A stretch of 31,352 nt of DNA, taken from the IMG/VR virus record IMGVR_UViG_3300017761_001785, positions 1 to 31,352 of that record; one strand, written 5' to 3'. Source of the DNA: a virus (taxonomy: Duplodnaviria; Caudoviricetes). A program made the position numbers and the translations under genes. Positions 17,407 to 24,732 of the stretch are shown here, one piece after another. The notes beneath the pieces are model-generated. The model saw only the letters and a list, made by a program, of their open reading frames with translations, did not search any database and had not been told where the DNA came from. How positions within the stretch are numbered: position 1 is the first letter of the stretch; every line of letters begins with the position of its first letter.

Positions 17407-18359
17407 TGTGGTTTCTTTTTCTTTCGGGATTTCTTTGGCTTGCCCAAGGTTTTACCTAGTGATCTCAGGCTGGCCAAAAACTTTTCCGATTCGGTTTTGT
17501 TTTCGCTGGCCACAAAGGTGACCTTCGATTGTAGGGGTTGGACAACGATTTCTTCCGGTTGTTCAATCTCCACATAAACAGGAGGGACATATTTATCGTA
17601 GATCATCCGGTGAAGAGACCCGTCCTTGCAACCGTGGACCACAACGGCCTTGGGGCTTACGGTGCGGTCTGGGCAGGTAACATTCTGAACATCTTGAGCT
17701 TCAGCGTTTTCGGCAAAAAAGACAATGGACTCTCCCCTGAGTTGGTAGTTGCAACTCTTCCAGTAGGCTCTGATCAGCGGCGTGTCTCGTCCATACTGAA
17801 GGAATTCCCAGCGGCAACGCACATCCCAAGGCTCGGGAGCAATGGCCTTGTCCTTGAAGTAGATGTTGTAGTTGTAAAGATTGGCCGCAATCCTGCACCC
17901 ATTGAGAAATTTTGACGGATAAACAGCACTCCCGACAATGAGTTGATACATAATCTTACCACTCGGAGCCACCCCGCCCTCAATAAAGCATCCCATGATC
18001 TTGCCCGTATTCTTGTTGAACTCTTCTTCCAGCCTGTCAACCCAGCCTTCAACCATCGGGACACAATCCGGCTCCCAAAAGTACCAAGGGTCTTCGTATT
18101 GGTAGCAATGGGAGGATGCATCCGCAAACATTTGATTGGGACCAAGGGGCCATCCATTGAATCCGTCTTGAGCGATAATCTTACCAACCTCTGGGAATAC
18201 CTTCTTTAGCTCTTCCGTAATTTGCGGAAGTAGCGGGGTTCCCTCAGTGCAGCATACTGTGGCCTTGTGGCGGATGTTTACACCCTGCTCCACAATAGCC
18301 TTGGCACTTTCCAAGGCCAACTCACAGTCTCCACTATGGTAGGCAAAGACGATGTTCAT
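17388..18359 (-). CDS. GT-A-fold glycosyltransferase-like protein
   Basis: WYFWEPDCVP..GWVDRL (DxD-like motif after a beta strand), GSAVY, WD, VVVHG; basic low-complexity tail. Confidence 0.5.
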   Translation of the reverse strand: MNIVFAYHSGDCELALESAKAIVEQGVNIRHKATVCCTEGTPLLPQITEELKKVFPEVGKIIAQDGFNGWPLGPNQMFADASSHCYQYEDPWYFWEPDCVPMVEGWVDRLEEEFNKNTGKIMGCFIEGGVAPSGKIMYQLIVGSAVYPSKFLNGCRIAANLYNYNIYFKDKAIAPEPWDVRCRWEFLQYGRDTPLIRAYWKSCNYQLRGESIVFFAENAEAQDVQNVTCPDRTVSPKAVVVHGCKDGSLHRMIYDKYVPPVYVEIEQPEEIVVQPLQSKVTFVASENKTESEKFLASLRSLGKTLGKPKKSRKKKKPQCKQNK

Positions 18360-18542
18360 CTAAACCTCCTGCAAATCAAAGTTAAGGGGCCAAGATGGGT
18401 GGTGGGGGTCTTCGGCTCTTACCCTTACGTTGATGCGCCCCTGACCGATCAACTTGTTGGCCTCCAAGGTTGCGTCTTCTTTGGTCATGGAACCCTTGTG
18501 GAATTCCACAACAGCATCTCCGTAGCATACTAGGAACGTCAT
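18360..18542 (-). CDS. Hypothetical protein
   Basis: 60 aa; abuts neighbours on the same strand. Confidence 0.65.
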   Translation of the reverse strand: MTFLVCYGDAVVEFHKGSMTKEDATLEANKLIGQGRINVRVRAEDPHHPSWPLNFDLQEV

Positions 18543-18547
18543 ATTAT

Positions 18548-18775
18548 TTATTTCTTTCTTTTTTTGGTTTCCGCTTGTGCGGCGTATTTGGTAAAAAATT
18601 CAGCGCAGTCTCTGGCCATATCGACTTCGGCCACAGGGTCGAAGAAATAGCCGCCACGCTCAAGGTGGATCGCTTCCATTGGGAGGGGGGAACCTCTGCG
18701 GAATCGTGGGCCAACCACGAATGGGGTGACGGAGTCTTCATTGATTACAGTAAGGACTACTTTGAATTTGGGCAT
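18548..18775 (-). CDS. Hypothetical protein (start MPKFKVV)
   Basis: 75 aa; tiles the operon. Confidence 0.6.
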   Translation of the reverse strand: MPKFKVVLTVINEDSVTPFVVGPRFRRGSPLPMEAIHLERGGYFFDPVAEVDMARDCAEFFTKYAAQAETKKRKK

Positions 18776-18948
18776 TGGGGATACTCCATCCAATACTCAA
18801 TCATGGGCTCAAGTATGTGAGCGGTCCTGCTCCACCCATGGTTTGGATAAAAATAGGCAGCATCCCGATAGGGAGGGTTTGCGCTGGGAGAGCAGATGAG
18901 GTAAATTCCCTCACGCTCTGGTTTCTCTTCTTTGTAGTTCTTCCACAT
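18757..18948 (-). CDS. DUF551-like small protein (start revised to MWKNY)
   Basis: W...EEKP..EG.YL ... W ... YWM..P..P pattern; ATG 6 nt after an ECF-type -10. Confidence 0.6.
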   Translation of the reverse strand: MWKNYKEEKPEREGIYLICSPSANPPYRDAAYFYPNHGWSRTAHILEPMIEYWMEYPQCPNSK

Positions 18949-18954
18949 AGATAC

Positions 18955-18983
18955 ATAGACAGCAAATGCCGGATTTCGTTCAA
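18955..18983 (-). promoter_or_regulatory. ECF/sigmaE-type promoter, copy 1
   Basis: TTGAAC-N17-GTCTAT, 6 nt to the ATG at 18948. Confidence 0.75.
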
Positions 18984-19372
18984 TGAAAAAATCACCTTTA
19001 AAACGCCGAACCCCACTTAAAAGTAAAAGCAGGTTGCGGAATGCATCCACCAAACGCCAACGTGAGTACAAGGAGTATACACAGGTTCGCAATGCCTACC
19101 TCGCTCTCCACCCGATATGCCAGAGATGCAAGGAGTCCAAGGCGACAGACATCCATCACAAAGCCGGAAGGGTCGGTAAGTGGCTGTGCCTTACGGAGTA
19201 CTTTGCCGCGCTTTGTCGATCCTGCCACAATGCCGTCCATGAGAACGGAATTGAGGCCCGTAAGCAAGGGTGGATTATTGATACATTTCATGCTCTTCAA
19301 GATCCCGATAAAGTTTCTCCCCAAGGTCAGGCTCATAGTCCTGAACAAGAGGATTCCAAATCTTCTCTTTAG
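18983..19372 (+). CDS. HNH endonuclease
   Basis: Basic N-terminus (KKSPLKRRTPLK), CQRC, DIHH, LCRSCH..VH. Confidence 0.85.
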   Translation: MKKSPLKRRTPLKSKSRLRNASTKRQREYKEYTQVRNAYLALHPICQRCKESKATDIHHKAGRVGKWLCLTEYFAALCRSCHNAVHENGIEARKQGWIIDTFHALQDPDKVSPQGQAHSPEQEDSKSSL

Positions 19373-19544
19373 GCGCGGTTAGGTTGCGGTAGTTGTCCAC
19401 CGCATTGACCCAGCTAAACTCCAAGGGCTGATTCCACTCCCTTGCTTCGGGAAAATTCCAAGGATAGGGCCTTGGATAGGAAACACAACCACTTGTAACA
19501 AGTAGTGCGATTCTTATCCACGCTCTTTGAATTCGTAGAACCAT
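19275..19544 (-). CDS. Possible small lipoprotein
   Basis: RAWIRIALLVTSGC lipobox-like segment; overlaps the 3' end of the HNH gene convergently. Confidence 0.45.
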   Translation of the reverse strand: MVLRIQRAWIRIALLVTSGCVSYPRPYPWNFPEAREWNQPLEFSWVNAVDNYRNLTAPKEKIWNPLVQDYEPDLGEKLYRDLEEHEMYQ

Positions 19545-20161
19545 AGCTCTTCGTCGCTTTCACTAACCCAGCGGCTTCCTGTATCCTCGCAACTAAACTC
19601 CTGACTGAATACCTTCCAGTCGGGCTTTGCCGGAAAGGACTTGGCGATAAACGATCCGCCGTCCAGCCAAAGGACTCGGTTGTTGGGTTGGATAAAGAAC
19701 TGCCCATCTCCCTTAAATACATGGCCGCACTTGTGACCAGCAGCCAGTTCCCCGTAGCCCGATTGATACTGTGGTCCAAGGCACCAGTCCAAGGTAAACA
19801 TGTATTGGGCTTTGTGCAGGGTGCGGTCTTTAAGCATGATATTCGCCGCACGATTCTTGCAGTAGTCGATAATTCCCGAAGAGCAGTAGTAGCTCATGGT
19901 ATCCCAAAGCTGTATCCAGTCCAAGGGATAGCTCGTTCCTCCGGTTTCATCTGTATGCAGGTAATGGATTGGAACTCTTGCGTGTTGGCTGCCGTATTCG
20001 GTCATCACGCTGAATAGTCCACAGCGTTGCGGGATGGAGGTGTAGTTGAATACCTCAACCACAATCCTTTCGTTGTCTACGTTGGCTTCAGTATCGTACA
20101 AAAATCCCGTATCCAAAAAGGCAAAGAAGACGGGGATGTTGACGTTGAGATAGTTACTCAT
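19514..20161 (-). CDS. Conserved phage protein of unknown function (start MSNYLNVNIP)
   Basis: 215 aa; YLN.NIP, PIH, QLWD..SY, YMFT.DW, HKC.H and QPNNR motifs recalled from a widespread aquatic-phage family. Confidence 0.75.
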   Translation of the reverse strand: MSNYLNVNIPVFFAFLDTGFLYDTEANVDNERIVVEVFNYTSIPQRCGLFSVMTEYGSQHARVPIHYLHTDETGGTSYPLDWIQLWDTMSYYCSSGIIDYCKNRAANIMLKDRTLHKAQYMFTLDWCLGPQYQSGYGELAAGHKCGHVFKGDGQFFIQPNNRVLWLDGGSFIAKSFPAKPDWKVFSQEFSCEDTGSRWVSESDEELWFYEFKERG

Positions 20162-20432
20162 TGGCAATCTTTCGTAGTAGTTCGGTCTGCTTGCGAAGCT
20201 CATAGGTCTGCCTACGCATCTCTCCTTCTTGTCTCATGGCGTCGATAGAGGCACTCATCTCCGCAGAGATTCGATCATAGTTCGCCATGCGCTCACGATG
20301 GTCTTGGTCTCGGTCAATTGTTTGGCCTTGGAATGTCTGGATGCGTCCACTGTCCAAGTCCACAATGGTTCCGTTGAACTGCTGGCCATAGCTTACGCTG
20401 GCCCCGATTACTGCTAGTAGTATGTATTTCAT
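20154..20432 (-). CDS. Small secreted protein (start revised to MKYILL)
   Basis: 92 aa; MKYILLAVIGASVSYG-QQ signal-peptide-like segment, then a helical region. Confidence 0.65.
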   Translation of the reverse strand: MKYILLAVIGASVSYGQQFNGTIVDLDSGRIQTFQGQTIDRDQDHRERMANYDRISAEMSASIDAMRQEGEMRRQTYELRKQTELLRKIANE

Positions 20433-20597
20433 AAAAAGATTTAGGAGCGGGGTGGCGCACCAACGACAATTCCCCCGAATCGTTGCTGGTTCCGCATTTG
20501 CATGACGGGTCGCCCCGCTCCCAAAAGAGGTGGTAGGACTCAGGTCGCTGCGTCTAGATATCTCCAGCCGCCCCTCAATGATCCCACCATTAGTCAT
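20433..20597 (-). ncRNA. Structured leader or small RNA (long hairpin plus three-way junction)
   Basis: 8-bp stem 20582-20589/20531-20538; 9-bp stem 20513-20521/20444-20452 enclosing a GCAA-capped hairpin and a 13-position hairpin; begins right after an ECF-type promoter. Confidence 0.55.
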
Positions 20598-20603
20598 GGT
20601 TTA

Positions 20604-20632
20604 ATAGACACCATGGATGCGGGTTTGTTCAA
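20604..20632 (-). promoter_or_regulatory. ECF/sigmaE-type promoter, copy 2
   Basis: TTGAAC-N17-GTCTAT. Confidence 0.75.
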
Positions 20633-20639
20633 TCTTTTT

Positions 20640-21091
20640 TTATGGGTTTATGGCGATTGTGTTACTAGGCGGGGCTGGGGCCAGTCGCCCCGCCGTTATC
20701 AGCGGCTCTATTGGCTTGAACCCCGAAACGCCGCTCCATTGGATTAATAATTCCTATGGGCTAGATCCTGCCGAATGACTACACCTCGCCCCCGCAGGGG
20801 CAAAGGCATAGTCAAATTTGGATTCTCATTCCTCTTGGGTGAGTCCTCCGCTTTATTCCACAGACTGCGATCTAGGCTCCGAAGCCGCTCTTAGACCTTC
20901 AAACAACCGCAATCAACCTCCGAGGGTATTATCCCTCGCGCTTACCAGAGTTCCTCTGGATTCCCATGCCGCAATGTGTTCAGGCGATGGGACGGATGGC
21001 TGGCTGCGAGTGCGGCGGTTTTACCCTTGCATACCTCGTCACAGGTTCTAGTGGCGTATGTCTCGTCCACTTTACGACTGTCCTTCCAGAC
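20640..21091 (-). ncRNA. Large multi-stem non-coding RNA candidate (~450 nt)
   Basis: At least nine helices found by eye; tandem G-U pairs and a C-UGCG-G tetraloop work only on the minus strand; has its own promoter; no credible ORF. Confidence 0.6.
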
Positions 21092-21097
21092 AATCGC

Positions 21098-21126
21098 AGG
21101 CTACGATACGTTCAAAATTAAGTCAA
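21098..21126 (-). promoter_or_regulatory. Sigma70-type promoter for the large RNA
   Basis: TTGACT-N17-TAGCCT; overlapping near-ECF element TTGAAC-N18-GTCTGG. Confidence 0.6.
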
Positions 21127-21207
21127 GAAAAGAAAGAGGGTGCGGCTCCGAAGCGAAGTCTGGAAGACAGCCGCAACAAAATGGAACCGCACCCAGATAC
21201 AAGGATC
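21125..21207 (-). ncRNA. Small RNA candidate (~80 nt) ending in a stem and U-rich tail
   Basis: 12-bp stem GGGTGCGGTTCC/GGAGCCGCACCC (21138-21194) followed by TCTTTCTTTTCTT; its loop is complementary to 21074-21097. Confidence 0.55.
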
Positions 21208-21212
21208 GTCAC

Positions 21213-21241
21213 AGAGTAACGCCAGTGTTGCAGAGTGTCAA
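21213..21241 (-). promoter_or_regulatory. Sigma70-type promoter for the small RNA
   Basis: TTGACA-N17-TACTCT with an AT-rich upstream segment. Confidence 0.7.
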
Positions 21242-21261
21242 CAAGAGAGTAAAATTATTTA

Positions 21262-21531
21262 GTGGATAAAGAATCTTACAGAGCCTACTTGAAAACTCCT
21301 TATTGGAAGGACGTAAGCCGACTAGTCAAGAAACGCTACGGCTGGAGGTGCGGGGTGTGTAATAGCCCCCTAGAACTCCAAGCCCACCACCGCACCTACG
21401 AGCATAAGGGGGACGAGCTAAACCACCTTGATGACCTGATCTGCCTGTGCAAGGTCTGCCACAAACTTTTCCACAGGGAGCAGAAAAAGAAAGCGCGACC
21501 CCCAAGGAGACCGCGCCAAAAGAAGGGTTGA
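21262..21531 (+). CDS. HNH endonuclease
   Basis: Y..YL.TPYW..., RCGVC, AHHRTY, DLICLCKVCH..FH; GTG start. Confidence 0.88.
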   Translation: MDKESYRAYLKTPYWKDVSRLVKKRYGWRCGVCNSPLELQAHHRTYEHKGDELNHLDDLICLCKVCHKLFHREQKKKARPPRRPRQKKG

Positions 21532-21537
21532 CGAAGA

Positions 21538-21566
21538 TTGAACGCGAGTTAGGTTTGTTGGTCAAT
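21538..21566 (+). promoter_or_regulatory. ECF/sigmaE-type promoter, copy 3
   Basis: TTGAAC-N17-GTCAAT, 9 nt to the ATG at 21576. Confidence 0.75.
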
Positions 21567-21575
21567 ACACATCCT

Positions 21576-21887
21576 ATGATTGATACAACTATCCTGCCAT
21601 CCGAAGTTCAACAAAATCCCGAAATCACCATTGGTGAACTAGCCGACAAGCACAATGCCAACTATCCTGCCATGGCGGCAGCATTGCGAAAGAGCGGGAT
21701 TCGGGCCAAACGGAAAAAAACCACCAAGAGGCGTTTGTCCAATGGGAGCAGATCCTTTAAGATTCTTGGCTACCTCATGGCCAATCCCGAAATAAACCTC
21801 ACCGTTATTGCCGAGCAATTCAATTGCACTAGGGAGTATGTGAGCCAGATCGACGCCACTGCCCGTGAAGAAGGGATCATTAAATGA
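21576..21887 (+). CDS. Double-HTH DNA-binding protein (start revised to MIDTT)
   Basis: 103 aa; NPEITIGELADKH and NPEINLTVIAEQFNCTREYVSQI HTH-like repeats joined by a basic linker. Confidence 0.7.
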   Translation: MIDTTILPSEVQQNPEITIGELADKHNANYPAMAAALRKSGIRAKRKKTTKRRLSNGSRSFKILGYLMANPEINLTVIAEQFNCTREYVSQIDATAREEGIIK

Positions 21888-22180
21888 GTACCATGACTGT
21901 AGGTTGCATACAAACGACTGTAAATCCCCCACTTACCAGCGGGATTTATGAAGCCCTGCTGGAGAAGGCGGAACGTGAACTCGATGAAGCGCGAAAGGAA
22001 AAAGAAAAGTGGGGCTTATATGCCGAGAGAGTAGAACGGGAGCGCGACCACTACAAGGAGTCCATTGAAGAGATCTCAGTTACCATCCAAGACTGGTTGG
22101 ACTCCATTGTGCAGGAACCCAGCCTAGACTTTATCCGCGCCATTAAGGCTTGGGCGGATAAGAAGTTGAACAATGGATAG
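21884..22180 (+). CDS. Coiled-coil hypothetical protein
   Basis: 98 aa; ERELDEAR/ERERD repeats; ATGA overlap. Confidence 0.7.
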   Translation: MSTMTVGCIQTTVNPPLTSGIYEALLEKAERELDEARKEKEKWGLYAERVERERDHYKESIEEISVTIQDWLDSIVQEPSLDFIRAIKAWADKKLNNG

Positions 22181-22183
22181 CCA

Positions 22184-22570
22184 ATGGGAACAGCTATTCC
22201 GGCAGGATATGTGGAGGTAAGAAAAGGAGTCTATGAAAGAATTGACGTTATCCAAAGAGCCTTTCTTGATCGTAAGAGTCCCGTCCGTAACCCCAAGCCT
22301 AAACGCCCTGTTCTCAATGAACCACTGGCAAAGGGCAACGGCAAAAAAGAAGATACAGGCCGCATTCATATCCGCCTTACGGCAAGAAGAAAACGACTTA
22401 TTGACCCCGACAATCTCATTTTCAAATACCACATTGACTGCCTCCGCTATGCTGGAGCGATTCCAGATGACCGTGAAGGCGATGTCACAATCGAAACTCA
22501 CCAAGAAAAAACTCGCGGGCAAGAAGAGACGCTGATAGAGTTGTTCCGCCATGGAACAATGGGAATTTGA
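22184..22570 (+). CDS. rusA: RusA-like Holliday junction resolvase, catalytic half
   Basis: DPDNL..K..IDCL..AGAIPDD matches the RusA DxDN-K-D-G-DD pattern. Confidence 0.7.
   Translation: MGTAIPAGYVEVRKGVYERIDVIQRAFLDRKSPVRNPKPKRPVLNEPLAKGNGKKEDTGRIHIRLTARRKRLIDPDNLIFKYHIDCLRYAGAIPDDREGDVTIETHQEKTRGQEETLIELFRHGTMGI
22233..22535 (+). CDS. Overlapping ORF encoding a RusA-like N-terminal segment
   Basis: AAGGAG Shine-Dalgarno 3 nt before the ATG; VPSVTPSLNALFSMNHWQRATAKKK resembles the PSLN..HW..R..K start of RusA-like proteins. Confidence 0.6.
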   Translation: MKELTLSKEPFLIVRVPSVTPSLNALFSMNHWQRATAKKKIQAAFISALRQEENDLLTPTISFSNTTLTASAMLERFQMTVKAMSQSKLTKKKLAGKKRR

Positions 22571-22709
22571 TGCTGATCTTAAAATAAAATACGATGATAC
22601 GGGATTCTTGATGAGTTTCCCCGAAGACACCGTTGGCTATCAAGACAACCCCATCCGCAGATTGTTTGAACAGATTAAAGAAATTGATGTCGAAGATGGT
22701 GAGGAGTAG
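22551..22709 (+). CDS. Small acidic protein, 52 aa (not in ORF track)
   Basis: MEQWEFDADLKIKY...EDGEE; fills the gap. Confidence 0.55.
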   Translation: MEQWEFDADLKIKYDDTGFLMSFPEDTVGYQDNPIRRLFEQIKEIDVEDGEE

Positions 22710-22718
22710 CCTCACACA

Positions 22719-23291
22719 ATGGATCAAGCCACCATCAATTTTCTCGGGAGAGCCATTCTGCGCTACCGTCAGTTTAAGCTGACCTTTGTTCCGCAGAAGT
22801 ATTTGATTACGGGCAAGGCCACCTCTGTAGGATGGGCCAATGATTGCGAACTACGGATTGCCACCAAACGCCCTCCCTCTACTTGGGTGGATGTGTTTGT
22901 CCATGAGACATGCCACCTCGACCAACAATTGCAGAGACCCACTTGGCACGAACACAAGGAGGAGGCCCTTAGAAAGCTCGACCATTGGTTAGAGGGCAAG
23001 CGGGTAGACCATATCGAAAACCACATCCGCAGCGTCATTGAACTGGAGTGGGATTGTGAACGAAGGAGCGTGAGGAAAATTGCTCGCAACAAGTTGCCAG
23101 TAAACCTGAAGACCTACGCCCAAATGGCCAATGCCTATATACTAGGATACCACTGGACCCTAAAGAATCGCAAGTGGTGTAAGAAGACCTATGAAACAAC
23201 CTACATCTGGACAAGGATGCCCGAAAAAATCATCCCCCTTAAAACAGCACTGTTCCCCCCAGACAAACTTATCAAGCTATTCTATGAGTAA
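22719..23291 (+). CDS. HExxH zincin-like metallopeptidase-fold protein
   Basis: VFVHETCHLDQ with downstream ELEWDCE. Confidence 0.6.
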   Translation: MDQATINFLGRAILRYRQFKLTFVPQKYLITGKATSVGWANDCELRIATKRPPSTWVDVFVHETCHLDQQLQRPTWHEHKEEALRKLDHWLEGKRVDHIENHIRSVIELEWDCERRSVRKIARNKLPVNLKTYAQMANAYILGYHWTLKNRKWCKKTYETTYIWTRMPEKIIPLKTALFPPDKLIKLFYE

Positions 23292-23541
23292 TACCACCTG
23301 TTCTTCATGCATGGAACTTGCCGCCATCCACGAATGCCTTAAAGATTACGCTATTTATGATGGGGAACCCCCGCTTTTGTCCCTGTCGATGCTTATATCC
23401 GAAGTAAAGATGTGGAGGTCAAAGGACGAGTACGATAAGAAGTTGAAGGTTGTCATGGGTAACGCTATTCTTAAACAAATAAACGGAGACGATGAAGATG
23501 ATGGAAATGAAGTGGCAGGCCAGATTTTTGGCCTTAACTAA
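23284..23541 (+). CDS. Hypothetical protein (start MSNTTC)
   Basis: 85 aa; CxxC near the N-terminus; overlaps the upstream stop. Confidence 0.55.
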   Translation: MSNTTCSSCMELAAIHECLKDYAIYDGEPPLLSLSMLISEVKMWRSKDEYDKKLKVVMGNAILKQINGDDEDDGNEVAGQIFGLN

Positions 23542-23935
23542 AGAAATTGCAAGCTGGAGTAAGGATCTCGGGACCAAGGTCGGTGCTGTTATTGTCCGAC
23601 CAGACCGCACCATTTGCTCTGTGGGATTCAACGGGTTCCCCCGTGGGATAGAGGACAACCCCTATGCTATCGCAAATCGCGATACCAAGCTGCTTCGCAC
23701 CATCCACGCCGAACTCAACGCCATACTCTCGGCCAAGGAGCCACTCAATGGATATTCGATCTTTGTCTGGCCCTTCCAGCCATGTAGCCAGTGTGCGGCG
23801 GCTATTATCCAGAGCGGGATCAAGGATGTCTACTGTCCCTTTCTTTGCCACTCATCCAATGACCGCTGGAGCGAGTCGTTTAAGGCTGCGCTGCAAATGC
23901 TTGATGAGGCGGATGTTAGAGTTATTTACTCTTGA
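23492..23935 (+). CDS. dCMP deaminase
   Basis: SKD..TKVGAVI, GFNGFP, HAE.NA, PC..C zinc motifs; the true start may be a few codons downstream. Confidence 0.93.
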   Translation: MKMMEMKWQARFLALTKEIASWSKDLGTKVGAVIVRPDRTICSVGFNGFPRGIEDNPYAIANRDTKLLRTIHAELNAILSAKEPLNGYSIFVWPFQPCSQCAAAIIQSGIKDVYCPFLCHSSNDRWSESFKAALQMLDEADVRVIYS

Positions 23936-23937
23936 CA

Positions 23938-23966
23938 TTGAACGAATCGGTGGGTTACTTGTCTAT
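23938..23966 (+). promoter_or_regulatory. ECF/sigmaE-type promoter, copy 4
   Basis: TTGAAC-N17-GTCTAT, 7 nt to the ATG at 23974. Confidence 0.75.
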
Positions 23967-23973
23967 ATTAACC

Positions 23974-24186
23974 ATGAGCAGCAATGGAATGACCAAGGTC
24001 CTTGAGGGTATCTCAAATTGGAAGGAGTACTCCCGCTTTGAGAACCAAGAAGAAGGATACATCACCCAAGAAAGGGTTGGTGAGGGTTTGACTTTCTTTC
24101 TTTGGAGGGTTGACAAGGAACCTGTGCCGCTTGACTTTACCTACATCGATGGAACAACCTTTGTCCGGTTCCGGTCCATCCACTAA
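23974..24186 (+). CDS. Hypothetical protein (start MSSNG)
   Basis: 70 aa directly after the promoter. Confidence 0.6.
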   Translation: MSSNGMTKVLEGISNWKEYSRFENQEEGYITQERVGEGLTFFLWRVDKEPVPLDFTYIDGTTFVRFRSIH

Positions 24187-24190
24187 TTTT

Positions 24191-24424
24191 ATGAGCGAAC
24201 AAGAACAACCTAACGAAACAAAAGTTAACGAAGCGATGACGGAACGGGTAAACAAAGCCCTTGAAGCATCTGACTACACCTTTCTCATGGGCTCCAGCGA
24301 CCATGTAGTAATGATTAGCGCGGGAGAAGAAAACAACAAGGTTGACATCTTGATGACCCTTGAGTCCATGGAAGAGGCTGTGGCCACACTTCGCTCCCAA
24401 GCAGACGAAGAGAAACCCCAATGA
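24191..24424 (+). CDS. Acidic hypothetical protein (start MSEQE)
   Basis: 77 aa; tiles the operon. Confidence 0.65.
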   Translation: MSEQEQPNETKVNEAMTERVNKALEASDYTFLMGSSDHVVMISAGEENNKVDILMTLESMEEAVATLRSQADEEKPQ

Positions 24425-24732
24425 AGCCCTTTGTTTACGATGCAAGGGTTGGCGAGGTTGGGCAAGTCGCCTTCTACAAAGACCTTAAAACATCCACCTA
24501 CTGTTTCTACTTCTACAATGGGAAAGAATACACCCCTCTCTACTTGTCTGAAGAAGCAGCTTACTATGTGTGGATGTTTATCGGGTACGAGCATCCAGAA
24601 GCCACTACCACCCCAAGGGTAGCCATGGCGTTGGGTGCTTTAAAAAAGAATTTTGCTTCGGCTAAGAAGGCTGGTCGAAGTAAACAAACCAAGCGGCCTT
24701 CATTAACAAAAAAGAAAGCGAAAAGTAAATGA
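24421..24732 (+). CDS. Hypothetical protein with basic tail
   Basis: 103 aa; ATGA overlaps at both ends. Confidence 0.7.
   Translation: MKPFVYDARVGEVGQVAFYKDLKTSTYCFYFYNGKEYTPLYLSEEAAYYVWMFIGYEHPEATTTPRVAMALGALKKNFASAKKAGRSKQTKRPSLTKKKAKSK

Noticed and set aside
20776-20814. GACTA/TAGTC pair resembling group I intron P7
   Set aside because: It forms part of a simple continuous hairpin; no G-binding-site context, no P3 partner and no interrupted gene
20433-21261. tRNA, tmRNA or RNase P RNA
   Set aside because: No cloverleaf with a TTCRA T-loop and CCA end, and no RNase P GAGGAAAGUC motif found by eye
20502-21269. Plus-strand ORFs 20502, 20818 and 20976
   Set aside because: R/P/S-rich, non-ATG or weak starts, no motifs; better explained as incidental frames over structured RNA
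20640-21531. HEARO/omegaRNA-IscB-type system (structured RNA plus HNH)
   Set aside because: The HNH is only 89 aa, lacks RuvC and PLMP motifs, and is transcribed away from the RNA
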